DNA of 24,000 nucleotides from Clostridium sp. B9 (GCF_050509515.1 NZ_JBNWKA010000003.1:3742025-3766024); one strand, 5' to 3'; shown: positions 6,112 to 14,660, numbered from the stretch's first letter. The notes: a model not told the origin generated them from the sequence alone. Translations and numbers: made by a program.

Positions 6112-8229
6112 TTATACGCAATGATAAGCTTTTTTATTACCTTCTAAGTGAGAACGTCTATCCTCTCTCTCATGGTATTTTCCTGGACCAAATCTTTCAT
6201 CAAGACTTAAATATCCAGTAACTCTTGATATACCTTGAATATCTTGGCTTCCACAATTATTACACTTACACTCATTATTATGAAGGTAAGTTCCACAATC
6301 TTTACAATATCTTATATGGAAGTTAATTCCTAAGTAGCTTATATTAGTTTGCTTATAAGCATAATTTAATATCTTCATTATTGCTTCAGCATTTGGACAA
6401 TCATCAACTTCTAAGTAACTTATATGTCCACCATTACATAAATTATGATATGGTGCCTCAACATCTATCTTATGCTTAATTGAAGTTGCATAGTAAACTG
6501 GAACATGGAAACTATTTGTGTAGTAATCTTTATCAGTTACTCCTTTTATTAAGCCAAATGCCTTTTGGTCTTGCTTTATGAATTTACCTGATAATCCTTC
6601 TGCCGGTGTAGCATAACAGCTCCAGTTTAAGCTAGTTTCTTCACATAATCTGTCACAGTATTCTCTCATATGACCTATTATCTTTAATCCTAATTCTCTT
6701 GAAGCATCATCTTCACCATGATGTTTACCAGTTAAAGCTATTAATGTTTCTGCAAGTCCTATAAATCCAATTCCCCAAGTTCCTTGCTTTAATATTGGTT
6801 CTATTGAATCATCTGGTCCTAAATTTTCTGCACCCTTCATTAGTCCTTGACCAGCTACAAAAGGTAAGTCTTTAACTTTTAAGTTCTTAAGAACTCCATA
6901 TCTATGCATTAAAGATTCTTTTGAAACTCTTAATCTATCATCTAATAATTCAAAGAATTTATTAATATCATTTTTAGCTAATATACCAAGTCTAGGTAAG
7001 TTTATAGTTGTAGGAGCTATATTGCCTCTACCTTTACATCCTGGCTCTCCATTAACGTTTTTCATAAGATAAGTTCTACATCCCATTGTTGCTGGCATGT
7101 ATCCTCTATCATAATATTCTTTATTAAAATCCGCATCTATGTTCATGAAGGTTGGGTTCATTCTTTTTGCTGCTACTCTACATGCTAATTCATATAAATA
7201 GAAGTATTTGTCTTGAGGCTCTCTGTTAACCCCTTCTTTTACTCTAAATATGATGTTAGGGAATATTGGCTGCTCACCTTTTCCTAATCCTTTTTCATAT
7301 TCCTCTAAGAATACTTCACAAACTAAAGCTGCGTCTGCATTGTTTGGTATTCCTAAGTTTAATGAACTAAATGGAACCTGTGATCCAGCTCTTGAATGCA
7401 TTGTATTTAAGTTATATACAACACCTTGCATAGCTTGATGAACTCTTTCTCTTAACTTATTTTCTACAAGCTCATCTAACTTTTCGCCTTCTAATCCTAA
7501 TCCGATATATTCTTCTCTAATTTCTTGTCTTGTAGGATCTACAAAAACACTCATATCATTATCAAAGTCTGGATGTGATTGGCCACCAAACATATCATTT
7601 TGAGTTGATTGTAATAATATACATGATAACTCAGCTGCTGTTTCTATTCTTCTTGGTGCATTTATTGTTCCGTATCCTGTATTAAATCCACTTTGTAATA
7701 ATTCACCTGTAGGTATGTGTAAACAGTTAGTAGTTAAGTTATAACTATCTAAATCATGATAATACACATCTCCATTTTCATGTGCTCTTGATAACTCCTT
7801 AGGCATAGTTGCTAAATTGAACCATTTATTAGATTCTGAAGCTATTCTTAATAATTTTGATGAGAAGTTATTTCCTACGTTAGCATTATCTCTATCTGTC
7901 TCTACACCGATCTTACTTATAGCTTTCATTAAGTCTGACTTAATTTCTCTAACTTTAGTTCTTTCTGTTCTATATGCCTTATAAGCTGTTGCTATTTGAT
8001 TAAATCCATTATCCTTTAAAGCTTTTTCAACTAATACCTGAATTTCTTCAACCGTTACTTTTGTCTTACCTGACATTTCTATATAGTTAATTACTTTTTG
8101 TATAGTATCTAAAACTTGACTTTCTCTTATTGTAACGCCAACTTCATTGGCTGCTCTCTTTATTGCATTAGCGATTTTATCCGCATTAAATCTTGATTCT
8201 CTACCGTCCCTTTTCACAACATGTAGCAT
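6112..8229 (-). CDS. nrdD: Anaerobic ribonucleoside-triphosphate reductase, class III (705 aa from the revised start)
   Basis: ATP-cone N-terminus VVKRDGRESRFNADKI. C-terminal 4-Cys zinc ribbon CKDCG...CNNCG, followed by the glycyl-radical motif RVTGYLS. The ORF-track start at 8280 is over-extended: ATG at 8229 has GGAGG at 8242..8238, 8 nt upstream. Confidence 0.93.
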   Translation of the reverse strand: MLHVVKRDGRESRFNADKIANAIKRAANEVGVTIRESQVLDTIQKVINYIEMSGKTKVTVEEIQVLVEKALKDNGFNQIATAYKAYRTERTKVREIKSDLMKAISKIGVETDRDNANVGNNFSSKLLRIASESNKWFNLATMPKELSRAHENGDVYYHDLDSYNLTTNCLHIPTGELLQSGFNTGYGTINAPRRIETAAELSCILLQSTQNDMFGGQSHPDFDNDMSVFVDPTRQEIREEYIGLGLEGEKLDELVENKLRERVHQAMQGVVYNLNTMHSRAGSQVPFSSLNLGIPNNADAALVCEVFLEEYEKGLGKGEQPIFPNIIFRVKEGVNREPQDKYFYLYELACRVAAKRMNPTFMNIDADFNKEYYDRGYMPATMGCRTYLMKNVNGEPGCKGRGNIAPTTINLPRLGILAKNDINKFFELLDDRLRVSKESLMHRYGVLKNLKVKDLPFVAGQGLMKGAENLGPDDSIEPILKQGTWGIGFIGLAETLIALTGKHHGEDDASRELGLKIIGHMREYCDRLCEETSLNWSCYATPAEGLSGKFIKQDQKAFGLIKGVTDKDYYTNSFHVPVYYATSIKHKIDVEAPYHNLCNGGHISYLEVDDCPNAEAIMKILNYAYKQTNISYLGINFHIRYCKDCGTYLHNNECKCNNCGSQDIQGISRVTGYLSLDERFGPGKYHEREDRRSHLEGNKKAYHCV

Positions 8230-8245
8230 TAATACTTCCTCCACT

Positions 8246-8292
8246 CCACTATATATTGTACTCGGATTATTATACTCCACTATTAATAGTTA
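8246..8292. promoter_or_regulatory. Two NrdR-box-like palindromes in the nrdD promoter/leader
   Basis: Box 1 ccACTATATATTGTac at 8246..8261 matches 13/16 of the published acaCwAtATaTwGtgt consensus. Box 2 ccACTATTAATAGTta at 8277..8292 is weaker and contains the perfect palindrome ACTATTAATAGT. The starts are 31 bp apart, the tandem spacing typical of NrdR operators. A TATAAT hexamer lies between them on the minus strand. Confidence 0.5.
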
Positions 8293-8489
8293 TGCTAATT
8301 TTTAAAAATCCTTATAGTCAAAAAAGACCTTATTATCTCCGTTTTTTCTCTTTTTTCTTAGCCTATGTTCAATTTCTCTTCAGTTGACATTAAGAAAAAT
8401 ATATAAATTACTTCTCCATATGATGAATAAAATTCCATATAATGTCACATAATAATCAATATGTATTTTAATACACAGGAGGATTTTAA

Positions 8490-9557
8490 ATGAAAAAATT
8501 AATAATCATTTCTTTACAATTAGTAATGAGTTTGTTAGTTGGATTATTCATAGGTAACATAATAATGCCTTTGAAAGCACCTGAAAAAGTAGATACCTTA
8601 AAAAAAATAGACTCTATAGACTTAACAAAAGCTGAATCTATTGAAACCACATCTAATCATATAGATGAAGATTTAAAAACTTTTAGTCCATATACAGGCC
8701 AAATTTTAGAAGCAGAAGCAATTGAGAATATTCCATTTATGTGTATAGTAGAGAACTCAAAAGATGCTAGACCTCAAAGTGGTCTTTCAGAAGCAGATAT
8801 AATATATGAAACTATGGCTGAGGGAGGTATCCCTAGATTCTTAGCAGTATTTTATGAAAACTCACCTAAGGTTATAGGTCCTGTTAGAAGTGTACGCCCA
8901 TATTTCATAGACCTATCTAGAGAACATGAACTTCCTTTTGCTCATTGTGGTGGAAGTGCTGAGGCTTTAGCCACAATATCTAGCGATGATTCTTTAAATA
9001 GTATAAATGAAATTTCAACTGGTGCGCCCTTTTGGAGAGACAATGCTAGAAAAGCTCCTCACAACTTATACACATCTGCAGAAAATGTGAGAAACTTTAT
9101 AATCAGTAATAATTATCAATATTCAAAAGAAAGTCATTTTGATTTTTTAGATAATGCTTTATTAGATTCAAACAACTATGCATCAAATCTAAGTATGGAT
9201 TTAAGCAACTATTATAAAACTTCATATAAATACATAAATGGATTCTATGAAAAGTATATGGATGGAAAACTTGCTACAGATAAAAACACAGGAGAAGCAT
9301 TAAAATTTAAAAATATAGTAGTTCAAATTACTGATATGTCTCTTCAATCAGATAATACACATATAGATATAGATTTAGTTGGTGAAGGTCCTGGATATAT
9401 ATTAACCAATGGAAAGATAGAAAAAATTAATTGGAGCAAAGACAATGTGAATAGTAAAACTAAATTATTAACTGAAGATGGAGCACCTTTAAAACTATCT
9501 AGAGGTAATACTATATGGCATATTGTAGATAAAAACTCCAATCTAAACTTCAATTAA
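8490..9557 (+). CDS. DUF3048 domain protein (YerB-like), N-terminally membrane-anchored or secreted (355 aa)
   Basis: AGGAGG RBS 7 nt before the ATG. Hydrophobic N-terminus. The block ARPQSGLSEADIIYETMAEGGIPRFLAVF is characteristic of the DUF3048/YerB family. Confidence 0.8.
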   Translation: MKKLIIISLQLVMSLLVGLFIGNIIMPLKAPEKVDTLKKIDSIDLTKAESIETTSNHIDEDLKTFSPYTGQILEAEAIENIPFMCIVENSKDARPQSGLSEADIIYETMAEGGIPRFLAVFYENSPKVIGPVRSVRPYFIDLSREHELPFAHCGGSAEALATISSDDSLNSINEISTGAPFWRDNARKAPHNLYTSAENVRNFIISNNYQYSKESHFDFLDNALLDSNNYASNLSMDLSNYYKTSYKYINGFYEKYMDGKLATDKNTGEALKFKNIVVQITDMSLQSDNTHIDIDLVGEGPGYILTNGKIEKINWSKDNVNSKTKLLTEDGAPLKLSRGNTIWHIVDKNSNLNFN

Positions 9558-9581
9558 GTTCATAAGTAAACCGTTTTCTTG

Positions 9582-9626
9582 AAAAACAATCTGTTTTAAT
9601 ATTTTATTAACAGATTGTTTTCTCTT
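9582..9626 (+). terminator. Intrinsic terminator after the DUF3048 gene
   Basis: Arms aaaaacaatctgtt and aacagattgtttt with a 13-nt loop, followed by tttctcttt. Confidence 0.7.
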
Positions 9627-9642
9627 TATACCATTATCAGTA

Positions 9643-9672
9643 TTGATAATGCTATCACTATTGATATATAAT
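9643..9672 (+). promoter_or_regulatory. Candidate sigma-A promoter for degV-padR
   Basis: TTGATA at 9643..9648, an 18-nt spacer, then TATAAT at 9667..9672. This is about 20 nt upstream of the degV RBS. Confidence 0.4.
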
Positions 9673-9705
9673 TCAATTAAAGATAATTGATTGGAGGCAG
9701 ATGAA

Positions 9706-10551
9706 TTGCAAAAAATCGCTATATTAACAGACAGTTCTTGTGACTTAACTATAAATGAAATAAAAAAATTTAATATAAATGTACTACCCTTAAAAATAAT
9801 ATACAAAGATAGAGAATATAATGACATTTTTGATATAACACCAGAAGAGGTTTATAAAAACTTACATAACGAAGTTCCTACAACTTCATTATGTAGTCCA
9901 GATTATATAAACTCAATTTTAGACAAGCTAGAAGCAGAAGGATATACTCACATAATAGGAATATTTATTTCTAGTGCTTTATCTGGAACATTTAATGCTG
10001 CTAGATTAGTAATTGAAGAAAGAACTTCAATGAAATCATACTTATTTGATAGTAAAATAATTGGTTACCCTTTAGGTTCTATAGTTTTAGAAGCTGCTAA
10101 ACTTGTTCAAGAAGGAAAAAGCTATGAATATATAATAGAAGCTCTTCCAAGCATTAGAGAATCAATTACTGGCTTCTATACGCTAAATACTTTAGAGTAT
10201 TTAAAGCGTGGTGGAAGAATAGGAAAAGTATCTGGTACAGTTGGAGACTTACTTCACCTAAAACCAATAATCACAGTAGATGAGCATGGTGCTTACTGTA
10301 CTTTTGCTAAAGCTAGAGGAAGAAAGCAATCTTTAAAGAAAATAACTAATATAATACTAGAATATCTTGATGCTGGAAAGTGTAGTATAGCTGTACTTAA
10401 TGGAATGGCTGAAGAGGAAGCTAGACAAGTACTTGCTTCTGTTGAAAATCATCCTAACCTAGTAAAATCTGAGGTTAGAGCTATTGGTGCTGCTATGGGT
10501 GTTCATGCTGGTCCTGGAATGTTAGGGGTATCAATTCAAAAGGAAATTTAA
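9706..10551 (+). CDS. degV: DegV family fatty-acid-binding protein (281 aa from the revised TTG start)
   Basis: KIAILTDSSCDL N-terminus and overall DegV/EDD-fold pattern (GTFNAAR, LEYLKRGGRIGK). GGAGG at 9693..9697 is positioned for TTG at 9706. The ORF-track TTG at 9691 overlaps the RBS itself. Confidence 0.88.
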   Translation: MQKIAILTDSSCDLTINEIKKFNINVLPLKIIYKDREYNDIFDITPEEVYKNLHNEVPTTSLCSPDYINSILDKLEAEGYTHIIGIFISSALSGTFNAARLVIEERTSMKSYLFDSKIIGYPLGSIVLEAAKLVQEGKSYEYIIEALPSIRESITGFYTLNTLEYLKRGGRIGKVSGTVGDLLHLKPIITVDEHGAYCTFAKARGRKQSLKKITNIILEYLDAGKCSIAVLNGMAEEEARQVLASVENHPNLVKSEVRAIGAAMGVHAGPGMLGVSIQKEI

Positions 10552-10553
10552 TT

Positions 10554-10997
10554 ATGTACAATGATGACTTTATAAAAGCTGAAGAAAAACGCCTTTATGA
10601 TGAATATAAAAAACAAGTAGCTAAGCTTAAAAAGGTTCAGAAGGAAAAGGAGGCAGTTGGTCAAGTTTTTACTAAAGGTCTTCTTCCTATCTATGCCTTA
10701 TATATTTTAAGCGTTAAGCCAACTAATGGAAATGATTTAGCTCAAAAAATAGGTGAACATACTAACGGATTATGGATTCCAAGTACAGGAGGAATATACC
10801 CACTTCTAAAAAAATTAGAAAAGCAGGGTTTTGTAATTGGGGCTTGGGATGATCCTAACAGAAAAATACAAAAAGTATATTCATTAACACCTGAAGGTTT
10901 TGAAGAATTTGAACAAAAAAAGCATTTATTAAAACCTAAAATTAAAGAGGCTTTAGAGGTTTTTAAAATAATATATGCTAATCTATATAATGAATAA
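10554..10997 (+). CDS. PadR-family winged-helix transcriptional regulator with an N-terminal charged extension of about 40 aa (147 aa)
   Basis: The PadR core reads LLPIYALYILSVKPTNGNDLAQKI...GGIYPLLKKLEKQGFV...KVYSLTPEG. The start lies 2 nt after the degV stop, suggesting translational coupling. Confidence 0.8.
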   Translation: MYNDDFIKAEEKRLYDEYKKQVAKLKKVQKEKEAVGQVFTKGLLPIYALYILSVKPTNGNDLAQKIGEHTNGLWIPSTGGIYPLLKKLEKQGFVIGAWDDPNRKIQKVYSLTPEGFEEFEQKKHLLKPKIKEALEVFKIIYANLYNE

Positions 10998-11001
10998 AAA
11001 T

Positions 11002-11025
11002 CCACCAGCTTAGCTGGTGGTATTT
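11002..11025 (+). terminator. GC-rich hairpin after padR, either the padR terminator or part of the IS right end
   Basis: ccaccagc tta gctggtgg at 11002..11020, followed only by a weak tattt. The assignment is ambiguous because it abuts the IS200-type element. Confidence 0.35.
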
Positions 11026-11100
11026 CCTCAGCCCTATAAGGGCATGCTACTTGCGTTGCGTCTTAAGACGCTTAAATTGGTCCGCCAGCCGCATACTTCT

Positions 11101-11556
11101 TTACTTGCTACCCTTAAAAGGGTCCATATATTCTTTTATACTAATTTGATCAGCTATCATATCTTCTTGTTCTTGATTTCTTATATATTCTTCAATTGCC
11201 TTCTTATTTTTTCCGACAGTATCAACGTAAAATCCTCTGCACCAGAAATGTCTATTTCCATATTTATATTTTAAATTTGAAAACTTCTCAAAAATCATAA
11301 GACTACTCTTACCTTTTAAAAATCCAACGAAACTTGAAACACTCATTTTTGGTGGTATTTCAACAAGCATATGTATATGGTCTACGCAAGCGTGCGCTTC
11401 GACTATCTTAACTCCTTTCCATTCACAAAGCTGTCTTAATATCTTACCTATCTCTTGTTTTTTCTCTCCATATATTTCTTTCCTTCTGTATTTTGGTGCA
11501 AATACTATATGATATTTACAATTCCATTTTGTATGTGCTAAACTGTTTGTATCCAT
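11101..11556 (-). CDS. tnpA: IS200/IS605 family transposase TnpA (Y1 HUH, 151 aa)
   Basis: HTKWNCKYHIVFAPKYRR N-terminus, the HUH motif in DHIHMLV, and the catalytic-Tyr region near the C-terminus. The whole protein is typical of IS200 TnpA. Confidence 0.93.
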   Translation of the reverse strand: MDTNSLAHTKWNCKYHIVFAPKYRRKEIYGEKKQEIGKILRQLCEWKGVKIVEAHACVDHIHMLVEIPPKMSVSSFVGFLKGKSSLMIFEKFSNLKYKYGNRHFWCRGFYVDTVGKNKKAIEEYIRNQEQEDMIADQISIKEYMDPFKGSK

Positions 11557-11558
11557 TT

Positions 11559-11625
11559 AAAAACCTCCCTTTGTTACGAAAATTGGCTGCGAACCTATTT
11601 TCATTTTAACAAAAGGAGGTTTTTT
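11559..11625 (-). promoter_or_regulatory. tnpA 5' UTR stem-loop that sequesters the ribosome-binding site
   Basis: On the minus strand AAAAACCUCCUUUUGUUA (11625..11607) pairs with UAACAAAGGGAGGUUUUU (11576..11559). That is 18 bp with one G-U wobble. The 3' arm contains the GGGAGG Shine-Dalgarno just upstream of the ATG at 11556. Confidence 0.75.
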
Positions 11626-11682
11626 ATTACATCGCTAAAGCTCATCTGAACACACTCGCATAGCGAGTGGTTTTCATTAAAC

Positions 11683-11726
11683 AAAAAAAAGATTCTAATA
11701 GAATATAAATCTATTAGAATCTTTTT
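11683..11726 (-). terminator. Intrinsic terminator of the ferredoxin gene
   Basis: Stem gattctaataga (11691..11702) pairs with tctattagaatc (11710..11721). On the minus strand 8 T follow. It starts 4 nt after the stop codon. Confidence 0.8.
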
Positions 11727-11729
11727 CTA

Positions 11730-11918
11730 TTACCCTACTGAAATAGCTCCAACTGGACAACTTGTTTCAGCTTCTTTAGCTCCATCTTTACTGTTATCCG
11801 GAACTTCCTCTACTATTACATGAGCTTTTCCATCATCATCCATATCAAATACATCTGGTGCTATTGATGGACATAATCCACATCCAATGCAAGTATCTTT
11901 ATCTACTGCTGCTTTCAT
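11730..11918 (-). CDS. fdx: Small single-cluster ferredoxin (62 aa)
   Basis: CIGCGLC plus a distal CP gives four Cys, the pattern of a mono-[4Fe-4S]/[3Fe-4S] ferredoxin. GAGGAGGAAA RBS. Confidence 0.85.
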   Translation of the reverse strand: MKAAVDKDTCIGCGLCPSIAPDVFDMDDDGKAHVIVEEVPDNSKDGAKEAETSCPVGAISVG

Positions 11919-12035
11919 TGCTATTTCCTCCTCAAAATTAAATTAACATTAATAGTATTCTCTAATTTCTTTATTCTATGTAAGTCTTAATACCAATATT
12001 TTCTCTTAAATTATAAAATATAGTTCTCTAAAAAT

Positions 12036-12074
12036 AGAAAAAATTAAAGGTATGACTTAAATAAGTCATACCTT
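12036..12074 (-). terminator. Intrinsic terminator after the mrp-like gene
   Basis: Stem aaggtatgactta / aagtcatacctt at 12047..12074. On the minus strand TAATTTTTTC follows. Confidence 0.65.
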
Positions 12075-12085
12075 CTTATATTATC

Positions 12086-12940
12086 TTAATATAATCCTTC
12101 AAATATTAATGAATACAGTGGGTTATCAGCAACATATTCTTCTGCTCTTCCCTCTTCTAAAGCCTCTGTTAAGTCTAAGTTTATTGGTAACTCTCCGATT
12201 AATGGAAGCCCTAAATACTCAGCATGCTCTTCTGAAGACTTTTTGCTGAATACTTTCATCTTCTTACCACACTCACACTCTATGTAAGCCATATTTTCAA
12301 CTACTCCTCTTACATCTACGTTCATTTTGTGAGCCATAGTTACAAGCTTCTTAACTATCATTGAAACCATATCTTGAGGTGTTGAAACTATTACTAATTC
12401 TTTTATAGGGAATGTCTGCATTACTGTTAATGTTATGTCACTTGTTCCTGGTGGCATATCTATTAATAAGTAATCTAATTCTTCCCAAGAAGTATCTCTA
12501 AACATTTGGTTTAATACTCCTGTAACCATTGGACCTCTCCAAATTACAGGATCATCTTCAACTTCCATAAGTAGGTTCATTGAAATAACCTTTATTCCTA
12601 ATTTAGTTTCAACTGGAACAAATTTAACCTGTTTTCCTTCGCTATCCATAGCAATCATTTCAGCTCTTTTTTCATTTATTCCAAAAAATCTTGGCATTGA
12701 TGGTCCAGTTATATCAGCATCTAAGACTCCAACCTTGTAGCCTTTTTTAGCTAATTGAGTAGCTAATATACCAGTAACAGTTGATTTACCAACTCCACCT
12801 TTACCACTTATAACGCCAATAACATTTTTAATATTTCCATAGTTAGTTCCTAATTTTGCAGGTACAGATGAACTGCATCCTCCATCCTTGCTAGCTGAAC
12901 TACATTTATCCTTATTTGCGCAACTTGCACAACTTCCCAT
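12086..12940 (-). CDS. Mrp/NBP35/ApbC-family P-loop ATPase, Fe-S cluster carrier (284 aa)
   Basis: Deviant Walker A ISGKGGVGKST. MinD/Mrp-type core. Cys-rich N-terminus (CASCANKDKC) and a CEC motif near the C-terminal part. GGAGGAA RBS. Confidence 0.85.
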   Translation of the reverse strand: MGSCASCANKDKCSSASKDGGCSSSVPAKLGTNYGNIKNVIGVISGKGGVGKSTVTGILATQLAKKGYKVGVLDADITGPSMPRFFGINEKRAEMIAMDSEGKQVKFVPVETKLGIKVISMNLLMEVEDDPVIWRGPMVTGVLNQMFRDTSWEELDYLLIDMPPGTSDITLTVMQTFPIKELVIVSTPQDMVSMIVKKLVTMAHKMNVDVRGVVENMAYIECECGKKMKVFSKKSSEEHAEYLGLPLIGELPINLDLTEALEEGRAEEYVADNPLYSLIFEGLY

Positions 12941-12960
12941 AACAAAATTCCTCCATTCGT

Positions 12961-13800
12961 TTAACTATCCCATTCCTTTTGAACATCCTTCCAGCTGTCG
13001 TAAACTTTAATGTCCCAAGAGTTTTTGTACTCCCCATCTACATAGAATTTCTTTTCTGAATGAGTTACTTTATTCTCTATAGTTATAACAGTTCTAAACA
13101 TAGTAGAAGTATAACCATAATTTCTTACAGTAATTATTATATCAAAATCATCCCTATTATGGTTCATTATTGAAGCATTTGGTATTATTTCTTTCATTTG
13201 TTTCTGGAAATCTTCAATATCTGTTGATAACATGTATCTTGTACAATCCCTATCACCAAGTATATCGATACCAACTTTTAAATTATCCTTATTTAAATCA
13301 TCTTTATCTTGTTCTAAAACTTTTAATATTGAATCATAGTATATTTTATCAAACTCTCTAGGTTTTCTTATTACCTGCATGTTCTGCATTAAATAGTTAT
13401 CAAGTCTTTTTGATATTCTATAGAAATGATTATCATCATAGAAATTACCTTCTCCACTATTCTTAACTCCAGTTACATAATAAAAAGTTTTTACTTCATC
13501 ACCAACATGGATTTCAAATATATAGTCTGGAGGTAAATCTGTTTTCTTATTAACTACCTCTGCATCTGATAACATTTTGTATATATTGTCTATTACCATT
13601 TTTTCTTTAACTAAGAATCTAAATCCAGGGTCTCTCGTACTTTGAATAACAATTTTATCTGCTTTATTTTCTTTTATATACTCAAAATCAGTATTCTTAT
13701 TTCCCCAAATCTTATTCTTAATATCTTGAGCAAAACATCCAACAATGGCTAAACCTAAAATTACAATCAATGTTACTAAAATCAATTTTTTATTTTTCAC
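12961..13800 (-). CDS. Uncharacterised lipoprotein (279 aa)
   Basis: The signal peptide ends in the lipobox LAIVGC. The GTG start at 13800 is embedded in the last codons of lgt, an 11-nt overlap. I recognise no family for it. Confidence 0.6.
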   Translation of the reverse strand: MKNKKLILVTLIVILGLAIVGCFAQDIKNKIWGNKNTDFEYIKENKADKIVIQSTRDPGFRFLVKEKMVIDNIYKMLSDAEVVNKKTDLPPDYIFEIHVGDEVKTFYYVTGVKNSGEGNFYDDNHFYRISKRLDNYLMQNMQVIRKPREFDKIYYDSILKVLEQDKDDLNKDNLKVGIDILGDRDCTRYMLSTDIEDFQKQMKEIIPNASIMNHNRDDFDIIITVRNYGYTSTMFRTVITIENKVTHSEKKFYVDGEYKNSWDIKVYDSWKDVQKEWDS

Positions 13801-14560
13801 TTGTTTCTTTTCTCCCTTTTATTTTATTTATATTATATAGTAAAATACCTCCTATTAATATAAATATTGATATAAATTGAGATGTTGATAACATTCCAAC
13901 ATTACCTCTAGGATCATTACGTAAAAATTCAACAAAGAATCTTCCTATGCTGTATAAAATCATATACATGCTAAGAGTTTTTCCTTTTCCTTTGTTTTTA
14001 TTACCATACCATAGTAAAAATAATGCTAATGCAAAATCAAAAACTGATGAGAAAATTTGTGTTGGATATAATGGTACACCAGCTGGTGCTAATGACCCTT
14101 CTGGAAAAACTATACCTATAGCACTTGTAGTCTCTGCTCCATAACAGCATCCTGCAAGAAAGCATCCTATTCTACCAAAACCTTGTGCCAAAGCTACGCC
14201 TGGTATAATTAGGTCTCCAATTTCTAATACACTCCATTTGTTTTTAAGGCAATATAAAGCTATAGCTAAAGCGCCTCCAAGTATTGCTCCATAAATAACA
14301 AATCCATTTCCAAAATCTCTAAATATAATACTAGGGTCTTCAATTACCATCTTCCATTCCGTAATTATATAAAGTATCTTTCCCCCAAGTATTCCAGAGA
14401 TTACAGTTAATATTGTTGCATTAAATAGCTTATCTTCATTATAACCCCTTTTGGTAGCTCTGTTCATAAATAATAGTACGGCACAAATTATGCCTATTCC
14501 TATCATAAATCCATAGCTATAAATCTTCAAGCCAAAAATCTCCCCTAAAACAATCCTCAT
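13790..14560 (-). CDS. lgt: Prolipoprotein diacylglyceryl transferase (256 aa from the revised start)
   Basis: Polytopic membrane protein with Lgt-type motifs (YGFMIGIG, GRIGCFLAGCCYG, GRFFVEFLRNDPRG). ATG at 14560 has GGAGGAG 5 nt upstream. The ORF-track ATG at 14572 lies inside that RBS. Confidence 0.9.
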   Translation of the reverse strand: MRIVLGEIFGLKIYSYGFMIGIGIICAVLLFMNRATKRGYNEDKLFNATILTVISGILGGKILYIITEWKMVIEDPSIIFRDFGNGFVIYGAILGGALAIALYCLKNKWSVLEIGDLIIPGVALAQGFGRIGCFLAGCCYGAETTSAIGIVFPEGSLAPAGVPLYPTQIFSSVFDFALALFLLWYGNKNKGKGKTLSMYMILYSIGRFFVEFLRNDPRGNVGMLSTSQFISIFILIGGILLYNINKIKGRKETSEK

Positions 14561-14588
14561 AAACTCCTCCATATTTATTTGTAAATTT

Positions 14589-14619
14589 AAAAGAGAAGCA
14601 TGCTTTATGCTTCTCTTTT
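14589..14619 (-). terminator. Intrinsic terminator after the 193-aa gene
   Basis: 13-bp stem aaaagagaagcat / atgcttctctttt with a 5-nt loop. On the minus strand TTTTAAATTT follows. Confidence 0.7.
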
Positions 14620-14660
14620 AAAATTAATTATAATACTTATACAAAATCAAATCAAATTTT

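Larger units (their letters stand above)
11021..11689 (-). mobile_element. IS200-group insertion sequence (IS200/IS605 family, tnpA only); boundaries approximate
   Basis: It holds a single Y1/HUH transposase gene. There are no terminal inverted repeats, as expected for this family. GC-rich subterminal hairpins stand out from the AT-rich flanks: CACTCGC-ata-GCGAGTG at 11653..11669 on the left-end side, and gccctataagggc (11031..11043) and gcgtcttaagacgc (11058..11071) on the right-end side. The size of about 0.67 kb fits IS200. Confidence 0.8.

Noticed and set aside
11000-11700. TnpB/omega-RNA (IS605/IS607-type RNA-guided nuclease module) associated with the transposase.
   Set aside because: The element is only about 0.67 kb and tnpA is its only ORF. 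There is no room for a tnpB of roughly 400 aa, so this is a plain IS200-group element.
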